A DNA stretch of 64,000 nt from Armatimonadota bacterium (GTDB taxonomy: Bacteria; Armatimonadota; UBA5829; DTJY01), in contig DATKXU010000109.1 of NCBI GenBank assembly GCA_035528905.1, positions 7,279 through 71,278 of the forward strand, given 5' to 3'. The notes below the pieces were generated by a model. The model was not told the DNA's origin. It did not search any database and saw only the letters and a program-made list of their open reading frames with translations. This document shows positions 58,632 to 64,000 of the stretch, in pieces (the first letter of the stretch is position 1; each line of letters opens with the position of its first letter). The position numbers were made by a program, and so were the translations under genes.

Positions 58632-58683
58632 GAGCCGGCTGTTTTCGCTGCTTTTAATCTCAAAGGAGTAGACAGGAGTCGGG

Positions 58684-58829
58684 GTGTGAATGTTGTGTAT
58701 ATTTGTGAATGTCCTGCACTGTTACTATACGCAATGCGCGCGCGGCGCGTGCAATACGCACACACGCGAATTTGGTAATACGTATATAGCCGGGGGCGGA
58801 AACATTCACAACATGCACAACATTCACAC
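58684..58829. repeat. 146-bp composite palindrome with four GTGAATGT boxes (2 direct + 2 inverted)
   Basis: Outer IR GTGTGAATGTTGTG (58684-58697) / CACAACATTCACAC (58816-58829). Inner IR TTGTGAATGT (58703-58712) / ACATTCACAA (58802-58811). The centre holds TATACG...CGTATA and GC-rich GCGCGCGCGGCGCG. Confidence 0.9.
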
Positions 58830-58845
58830 GGCCAGAGTGTTAGGA

Positions 58846-59202
58846 ATGTTAAGGCCTGAGGGTGATCTGGTGCTGAAGTTTGTCGTTTGCGGGGTTGAGA
58901 GCGGGGAGCGAGTGATCCGGCTGGAGGATCCGGCGGGATTGTTCGGCGTCGAGGATGTCGAGTTCGGGCCAGGTGAGTATTTTATAGCTGCCAAGAGGGT
59001 GCTTGAGCTTCAGATGGGGCGGAGGGCGCCGGCATGGCTGGCGACGTCGTTCGCCGTGCACGTGCTCCTCCCCGCGGACGATGGATTCTGCATGACGGGG
59101 GAGGAACTGGATCGGTGGATCGAGGGCAGGGTCGCGGCGGCGTGTCCCCCACCCCTCCGAGACAATTCCCGGCGATTAGCGTGGCGGCGGACGAGGAAAT
59201 AA
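58846..59202 (+). CDS. phage hypothetical protein
   Basis: Internal ATG (MLRPEGDLVLKF...) of the listed 58690 ORF. The upstream part of that ORF lies in the palindrome. Confidence 0.45.
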   Translation: MLRPEGDLVLKFVVCGVESGERVIRLEDPAGLFGVEDVEFGPGEYFIAAKRVLELQMGRRAPAWLATSFAVHVLLPADDGFCMTGEELDRWIEGRVAAACPPPLRDNSRRLAWRRTRK

Positions 59203-59225
59203 CAGGATATATAACACGGTGTGTA

Positions 59226-59254
59226 TTGCGTGATTGCGGGGATTGTGGTATGAT
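59226..59254 (+). promoter_or_regulatory. sigma70-type promoter, TTGCGT-17-TATGAT with TGn extension
   Basis: TTGCGT at 59226-59231 and TGG-TATGAT with the -10 at 59249-59254. Lies upstream of the tyrosine recombinase gene. Confidence 0.55.
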
Positions 59255-59300
59255 AGGGATGGCGCTTGATACTAAGGTGTCGGGCGCGATCGGGCGAAAA

Positions 59301-59321
59301 CTCGCAATGTAATATTGCGAG
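59301..59321 (+). promoter_or_regulatory. 8-bp hairpin or palindrome CTCGCAAT-GTAAT-ATTGCGAG in the recombinase leader
   Basis: Perfect inverted repeat ending 3 nt before the AGGAGGAG ribosome-binding site. Confidence 0.5.
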
Positions 59322-59339
59322 CGCAGGAGGAGCAAGGCA

Positions 59340-60197
59340 ATGGAGGATGTTTTGAGTGGATTTCGCGCGGAATTGGAGAGGCAGGATCTGAGTCCGGCGA
59401 CGGTCCGGGGTTATATCAACGATGTGGAGTTGTTCGCTCGGTGGTACACGGATGCCTACGGCGAGCAGTTCGATCCGGCGCGGATCGTTCAGCGGGAGGT
59501 CTCGGAATATCGGGCGTGGATGCAGCAGAAGCCCGCTGCGGCTGAGACGATCAACAGGCGGCTAACCTCGATCAGAAAATTCTTCGATTGGCTGGGCGGA
59601 AACAATCCGGCTGCCGCCGTGAAGGGGGTTGCGATTGTTGATCCGGGCGTGCAGGCGCTGTCCACGCCGGAACTGCGGCGGCTGATGCGGGAGGTCCACG
59701 TCCACGGCGTAGTCCGGGATATCGCGATCCTGGAGGTCCTGTGCGGGACGGCGATCCGGGTCGGCGAGCTGGTGCAGCTCCGGGTCGGGGATGTGGAGAT
59801 TTCGGAGCGGAGGGGCGCGGTCAAGGTTCGGAGCGGCAAGGGCCGGACGAGCCGGGAAATCCCGCTGAACGTGGACGTGCGGAAGGCATTGGCGGCATGG
59901 ATAGCAGCCAGCGGCCAGTCGGAGTGGCTGTTTACGGGGCAGCGAGGGCGGCTGACGGCCGTCGGAGTGTGGCGGGTCGTGCGGAAGTACGGCAAGTTCG
60001 CCGGGATCCCGAATCTGCGAGTGCATCAGCTCCGACACACGGTATTGACGCGGCTTGTGCGGGAGTGCGGCGCCGACCTGGCGACGGTGGCGAGGATTTC
60101 GGGGCATCGGGATATCCGGACACTGACGCGGTACATCGAGCCGACGCAGGACGACCTGGCGCAGGCGGTGGAGAAGCTGGCGCTGGGAGGGGAGTGA
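59340..60197 (+). CDS. tyrosine recombinase, XerC/XerD-like
   Basis: SAM-like N-terminal domain (ATVRGYINDVELFARW). Catalytic-domain motifs GTAIRVGEL, VHQLRHTVLTRL and GHRDIRTLTRY. Confidence 0.9.
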   Translation: MEDVLSGFRAELERQDLSPATVRGYINDVELFARWYTDAYGEQFDPARIVQREVSEYRAWMQQKPAAAETINRRLTSIRKFFDWLGGNNPAAAVKGVAIVDPGVQALSTPELRRLMREVHVHGVVRDIAILEVLCGTAIRVGELVQLRVGDVEISERRGAVKVRSGKGRTSREIPLNVDVRKALAAWIAASGQSEWLFTGQRGRLTAVGVWRVVRKYGKFAGIPNLRVHQLRHTVLTRLVRECGADLATVARISGHRDIRTLTRYIEPTQDDLAQAVEKLALGGE

Positions 60198-60223
60198 CCG
60201 GAGGCAACCGCCGATGAACGCGG

Positions 60224-60517
60224 ATGGACACAGATCGGATAATTGGTAATGGGGTGAGGGAATTGAGCCGACTTGAGTGGCCGTATGTGGTGTCTGAGGC
60301 GGGGATAGTCCATCGGGTTCTGGTGGCCCGGCCGTGGGGCGCATACGGTCAGATGGTGGCGGTTGAGACGGTGTGCAACGGGTGGCTCTTGCACGTGCCG
60401 AAGGGTAGTTTGCGGCGGCATAAACCGCGGGGAGCGCGGCTGTGCAGGAAGTGCTTTGGGCCAGTCGGAGGAACCGCCAAGGCGCGAAGAGGATCGGGGA
60501 AGGAAGCAGCGGGATGA
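60224..60517 (+). CDS. phage hypothetical small protein
   Basis: 97-aa ORF. C...CRKC motif. Stop overlaps the next ATG (ATGA). Confidence 0.4.
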   Translation: MDTDRIIGNGVRELSRLEWPYVVSEAGIVHRVLVARPWGAYGQMVAVETVCNGWLLHVPKGSLRRHKPRGARLCRKCFGPVGGTAKARRGSGKEAAG

Positions 60518-60735
60518 GTGCAACCGGGACAGGCAAACCGGGGTCATGTTGCAGGTGTGGCGAAGATGGGAACAGGCGGCTTATAGGACTTACTTTCGTC
60601 TTCCTCTGTGACGCCTGCTGTGCAAAGGCCAAACACGCCTACTGGCTTTTGCGCAGTGCCGAGAATGTCTCGCGACGGCCATCGGGCTATGCTCTTAGGC
60701 GTTGGGAACAGAAGCATCGGACCAGCCAGGAGTGA
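60514..60735 (+). CDS. phage hypothetical small Cys-rich protein
   Basis: 73 aa, CCRCG...CDACC zinc-ribbon-like. ATGA coupling to the upstream ORF. Confidence 0.4.
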   Translation: MSATGTGKPGSCCRCGEDGNRRLIGLTFVFLCDACCAKAKHAYWLLRSAENVSRRPSGYALRRWEQKHRTSQE

Positions 60736-60748
60736 GGGAGGCGCGGGG

Positions 60749-61027
60749 ATGGCGGAGACGATGGGCGATCGGATCAGGAAGGCGCGGATCAAGTTGAAGA
60801 TGAAGCAGGAGGATGCGGCGGGAGAGGCCGATCTCTCCAGGGTGACCTGGTCGCACCTGGAGAACGACGAGGTCGACGACCCTCGACTCAGTACTCTGCA
60901 AAGAGTGGCGCACGTGCTAAAGATGTCGCTGGAGGCACTGATCGGCGAAAAAAATCTGCTCCCGGGGCGAAAATGTAAAGGCGCCTTTATTGACAAGGTG
61001 GTGGAAAAGCGTAAACTGGTATCGTGA
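60749..61027 (+). CDS. XRE-family HTH transcriptional regulator
   Basis: ATG 7 nt after GAGGGAGG. IRKARIKLKMKQEDAAGEADLSRVTWSHLEN...STLQRVAHVLKMSLEALI. Confidence 0.8.
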   Translation: MAETMGDRIRKARIKLKMKQEDAAGEADLSRVTWSHLENDEVDDPRLSTLQRVAHVLKMSLEALIGEKNLLPGRKCKGAFIDKVVEKRKLVS

Positions 61028-61028
61028 C

Positions 61029-61048
61029 GAAGCACTGTATTGTGCTTC
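61029..61048 (+). terminator. hairpin GAAGCAC-TGTATT-GTGCTTC just after the HTH gene stop
   Basis: 7-bp perfect stem with a weak T-tract (ACTTTC). Confidence 0.45.
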
Positions 61049-61111
61049 ACTTTCACCTCCTATCCGTCAGAGGGGACGGTCGGTGTGGTGGCCGTCCCCG
61101 GAATTACAGAC

Positions 61112-61146
61112 AGTCGGTAGTGGATAGTCGGTAGTCGGTAGTGGGA
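61112..61146. repeat. heptanucleotide tandem array, 5 units
   Basis: AGTCGGT AGTGGAT AGTCGGT AGTCGGT AGTGGGA. Confidence 0.85.
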
Positions 61147-61227
61147 GGAGAAGAGTAAGGGTAAGACAACTGAATAATTTGCCCGAATAGGCATCCGGCC
61201 AGGTGCCGAAAGCGGAGATTTCACAAA

Positions 61228-61264
61228 GCCCTGATCCTTGCGCAAGGGGGATCGGGGCTTTTCT
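61228..61264 (+). terminator. intrinsic terminator (GCCCTGATCC...GGATCGGGGC + TTTTCT)
   Basis: 10-bp stem with one G-U pair, followed by TTTTCTCCGTTT. Confidence 0.6.
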
Positions 61265-61301
61265 CCGTTTCGGGCTAGTTTTAAGGGTGAGGGATGCCGG
61301 C

Positions 61302-61865
61302 GTGATAGATCATATTGTCCTCGACGTGGAAATCCAGAAGACGCTTGAGGAGCTGCCGAACGGGTGGGATGACACCCATCTGATGGGCGTCTCCTGCGGC
61401 GTTGTCTACGAGTACTCCACCGATCGGTTCCGAATCTACGGGCCGGACGACGTGCCGGCGCTCCAGGAGCGGCTACTCCGGGCGGACCAAATTACCGGGT
61501 TCAACATCTGGAGGTTCGACTTCCCGGTGATCTGGGGGCTGCCGTGCCGGCAGAGGGTGGAGAGCCTTCGCACGCTTACGAACGACCTACTCCAGCGGAT
61601 ATGGCAGACTCTGGGCCTGGACGAGGAGCAATTCTCGGATTTGCACAAGGGCTGGGGTCTGGATGCAGTCGCTCGTGGGACTCTGGGGGTCGGCAAGAGC
61701 GGCCATGGCGCCTCTGCGCCCGAATGGTATCAGGCGGGGAACTGGGCTCGCCTGGTTGACTACTGCATGGACGACGTCCGCTTGGAGCGCGACCTGGCGG
61801 CATTCGTGGACCGGTATGGCTATGTGGTGAACGGAAATACCGGGAAGGTATTGAGGCTGGGCTGA
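61302..61865 (+). CDS. DEDD-type 3'-5' exonuclease (RNase H-like fold)
   Basis: IVLDVEIQ (ExoI), GFNIWRFDFPVI (ExoII) and YCMDDVRLERDL (ExoIII). GTG at 61302; an alternative GTG lies at 61287. The listed 61203 start lies in the terminator. Confidence 0.7.
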   Translation: MIDHIVLDVEIQKTLEELPNGWDDTHLMGVSCGVVYEYSTDRFRIYGPDDVPALQERLLRADQITGFNIWRFDFPVIWGLPCRQRVESLRTLTNDLLQRIWQTLGLDEEQFSDLHKGWGLDAVARGTLGVGKSGHGASAPEWYQAGNWARLVDYCMDDVRLERDLAAFVDRYGYVVNGNTGKVLRLG

Positions 61866-62725
61866 TGAGCGGCGAGGATGAGGCAAGAGAACTGAATAGC
61901 GGGGAGCAGGCGACTGCGGATTCGCCCTCACCCTGCCCTCTCCCGCAAGCGGGCGAGGGAGAAACGGCCAGCGACCAGTCCGCGACGGTGGACCCCGCTT
62001 CGTCTGAGGCTTCCGACTCCGCTAAAAGCTACGTCGGACAAGCCGTAGGGCAAGCGGGGTGGACGGAGGAGCAGATCAAGCTGTTCCCGGACCTCGAGCT
62101 CTTGTCCATGACGGACGAGCAGCTCGGGCTGGACCTCGACTTGCCGGAGACAGAACCGCTGAATCCCCGCGAGAAGATATTCGTGCTGGAGTACTGCGCG
62201 AACGGGATGAACGGCACGGCGGCGGCGAGGACGGCGGGGTACGCCCACTCGCACGTTGCGGCGTCGAGGCTGCTGAAGCGCCCGAGGATCCAGGCGGCGG
62301 TTGCGAAAGAGCTGGCGGCGCTGTTGGAGGACGGCCGATTGTCGAGGGAAGCGCTCCTGCTGAAGCTGCGGAGCATAATCCACGCGAATGTGGTTGACCT
62401 GATCGAGCAGGGCGGGCCGGACGGCATCGAGTTGAAGGACCTGACTGAATTATCTCCCGAAGTGTCGGCGGCGATCAAGGAGTTGACTGTCAACTCGACG
62501 GAACGGTCCGGCGTAAAGGGCACAGTGCGGGAAAGCTCCGTAAACATCAAGCTGCACGATCCGCAGCGGGCGATAGAGCTCGCTGCGAAGATACTGAATT
62601 TCCTGGGCGATAAGGTGGATGTGACGACCGGTGGGAAGCCCCTTCCCGCGGGTTCGACCGCTATAATTTACTTGCCGGCGGTAAGCAGGCCGGAGCAGGA
62701 TGCGGAGGGTGAGAACGACGGCTAG
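61865..62725 (+). CDS. terminase small subunit
   Basis: REKIFVLEYCANGMNGTAAARTAGYAHSHVAASRLLKRPRIQAAV is a Terminase_2-type HTH. The ATG overlaps the upstream stop. Confidence 0.8.
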   Translation: MSGEDEARELNSGEQATADSPSPCPLPQAGEGETASDQSATVDPASSEASDSAKSYVGQAVGQAGWTEEQIKLFPDLELLSMTDEQLGLDLDLPETEPLNPREKIFVLEYCANGMNGTAAARTAGYAHSHVAASRLLKRPRIQAAVAKELAALLEDGRLSREALLLKLRSIIHANVVDLIEQGGPDGIELKDLTELSPEVSAAIKELTVNSTERSGVKGTVRESSVNIKLHDPQRAIELAAKILNFLGDKVDVTTGGKPLPAGSTAIIYLPAVSRPEQDAEGENDG

Positions 62726-64000
62726 GTATCAGCCGTGTCCGAAGTGTGGGATTCCGTGCGGAATAGAGCCGGGCGAGAATACCTGCCCCGCATGTGGCTA
62801 TAAATGGATGGCGATCATGCCGCAGGAAGGGCCTCAGACGGTCTTTCTGGGTCTTGCCTCGGTTGACATTATTGTTTACGGCGGAGCGGCAGGCAGTGGG
62901 AAGACGTGGGCGCTGCTCCTGGATCCCGTCCGAGACTTTGAGGACCCGGATTTCAGAGGAACGTTGTTCCGGCGCAAAAGCGTGGAGCTCACCCTCGCCG
63001 GCGGCCTCTGGGACGAGAGCCACAAGATATACCCTCACTTAACGGGAAAAGCGACAGCCTCACCCACGCATAGATGGGTATTTCCGGGTGGGGCGAGCTT
63101 AGCGATGACTCACCTGAACATGGAAGACGACAAATATTCTCACCAGGGCGCTCAGAACGCCTGGCAGGGGTGGGATGAGTTGACCCATTTTTCGGAGGCG
63201 CAGTTTTGGTATCTCCAGAGCCGAGGGCGGAGCGTTTCGGGGGTTCACGTGCGAACCAGAGCGACCACGAACCCGGACGGCGGATCGTGGGTGAAGAAGA
63301 TGCTCGCTCCCTGGGTAGACGACACCTATCCGGACAAGGCGAATCGGAATGGAGAGGTTCGCTGGCTGGTGCGGATCGAGGAGTCCGAGGGGCAGGACGC
63401 CCAATATCACTATTTCCGCCGGCGTGAAGACGCGGTGGCATTCGCTAAAGAGGCGCATCATCTCTCCGATGAGGATGCGGAGTATGCGATCAAGTCAGTC
63501 GCTTTCGTCGAAGCGGAGCTCGCCGATAACGTCATTCTCAAACGAACGAACCCGGGCTACCTGGCGAATCTTCTGACTCTTCCGAAGGTGGAGCGGCAGA
63601 GGCTGCTTTACCGGGACTGGAACGTACTGACGGATACATTCTTCGACGAGTGGAAGCCGAACCTGGAGGATGGGCGACCGTGGCATGTGATCCCAGCCGA
63701 TGCTGTTCCGCGGGGCTGCAATTACTACATCGGGAGCGACTGGGGGTTCAAAGATCCCTGTGCTCACTATCTGATCGCGGTGCTTTCGGGTGGACGCAAA
63801 ATCGTATGCCGAGAGGTCTACGCAAGCAGGGTGAAGACCAGGGAGCAGGGCGATGCGATAATCCGGATGATGCAGCAGACGGGCTGGACGGACGGCCCGG
63901 GCAAGGCCATTGGCTTGAAGTTGGATCAGGCGACGGTATGCGCCGGATTCGACGTTTTCGCGAGGCGGCTTCGGAGTGACGGGAGCTACGACGAGCCGAT
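62700..64000 (+). CDS. terminase large subunit with an N-terminal zinc ribbon (3' end beyond the window; not in the supplied ORF track)
   Basis: I translated frame 3 by hand from the ATG at 62700 to nt 63998 and found no stop. MRRVRTTARYQPCPKCGIPCGIEPGENTCPACGYKW, Walker A VYGGAAGSGKTW, Walker B-like GWDELTHF, then nuclease-half motifs (IGSDWGF). Confidence 0.85.
   Translation, partial: MRRVRTTARYQPCPKCGIPCGIEPGENTCPACGYKWMAIMPQEGPQTVFLGLASVDIIVYGGAAGSGKTWALLLDPVRDFEDPDFRGTLFRRKSVELTLAGGLWDESHKIYPHLTGKATASPTHRWVFPGGASLAMTHLNMEDDKYSHQGAQNAWQGWDELTHFSEAQFWYLQSRGRSVSGVHVRTRATTNPDGGSWVKKMLAPWVDDTYPDKANRNGEVRWLVRIEESEGQDAQYHYFRRREDAVAFAKEAHHLSDEDAEYAIKSVAFVEAELADNVILKRTNPGYLANLLTLPKVERQRLLYRDWNVLTDTFFDEWKPNLEDGRPWHVIPADAVPRGCNYYIGSDWGFKDPCAHYLIAVLSGGRKIVCREVYASRVKTREQGDAIIRMMQQTGWTDGPGKAIGLKLDQATVCAGFDVFARRLRSDGSYDEP

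Larger units (their letters stand above)
45957..64000. mobile_element. integrated temperate prophage (left end at or near 45957; right end beyond the window)
   Basis: Contiguous integrase, repressor/cro, HNH, ParB-like, primase-helicase, recombinase, exonuclease, TerS and TerL genes, almost all rightward after the switch at about 48.86 kb. Confidence 0.9.

Noticed and set aside
58690-58845. Upstream 52 codons of the listed 58690..59202 ORF
   Set aside because: They are encoded by the composite palindrome (MLCIFVNVLHCYY..NIHNMHNIH) and are more likely non-coding. The ATG at 58846 is preferred.
59562-60632. 356-aa minus-strand ORF
   Set aside because: It is antisense to the Xer-like recombinase and the downstream small ORFs. 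It is Pro/Arg-rich with no motifs.
6082-61146. CRISPR array interpretation of the short tandem repeats and interspersed repeats
   Set aside because: The units are 7 nt with no unique spacers, and the longer repeats occur only twice, tens of kb apart. No cas genes were seen.

Overview
About 60% G+C chromosomal segment from a diderm, carbohydrate-degrading bacterium. The gene content (DUF1559 / H-X9-DG pseudopilin-like proteins, LptC/LptA-like proteins, CsaB plus LCP, many glycoside hydrolases) fits Armatimonadota or a PVC-group organism, but taxonomy cannot be fixed from this window. From nt 1 to about 45.95 kb, housekeeping genes (dgt-like, rhomboid, csaB, murA, hemL, add, ogg, tsaB, NfeD/SPFH pair) alternate with secreted carbohydrate-active proteins (GH38-like, GH10, DUF2961/GH172, a clan GH-A enzyme) and three uncharacterised proteins of about 930-1020 aa. 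From nt 45957 to the window edge lies a temperate prophage. It carries a large serine integrase abutting tsaB, a CI/Cro-like switch, an HNH nuclease, a ParB-like protein, a primase-helicase, an internal Xer-like tyrosine recombinase, a DEDD exonuclease, TerS and TerL. TerL runs off the window and is missing from the supplied ORF track. I recognised no rRNA, tRNA, CRISPR array or cas gene. The observations I rate highest are: (1) a family of period-7 tandem arrays in intergenic DNA, inside three ORFs and in the prophage; (2) three other interspersed repeat families that create spurious N-terminal ORF extensions; (3) a 146-bp composite palindrome with four GTGAATGT boxes between the phage primase-helicase and the tyrosine recombinase (candidate origin or invertible switch); (4) a low-GC two-gene cargo between the integrase and the repressor; (5) a small-ORF plus HTH operon with anti-defence-like architecture. 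All family assignments come from motifs read by eye and from memory. No searches were run.
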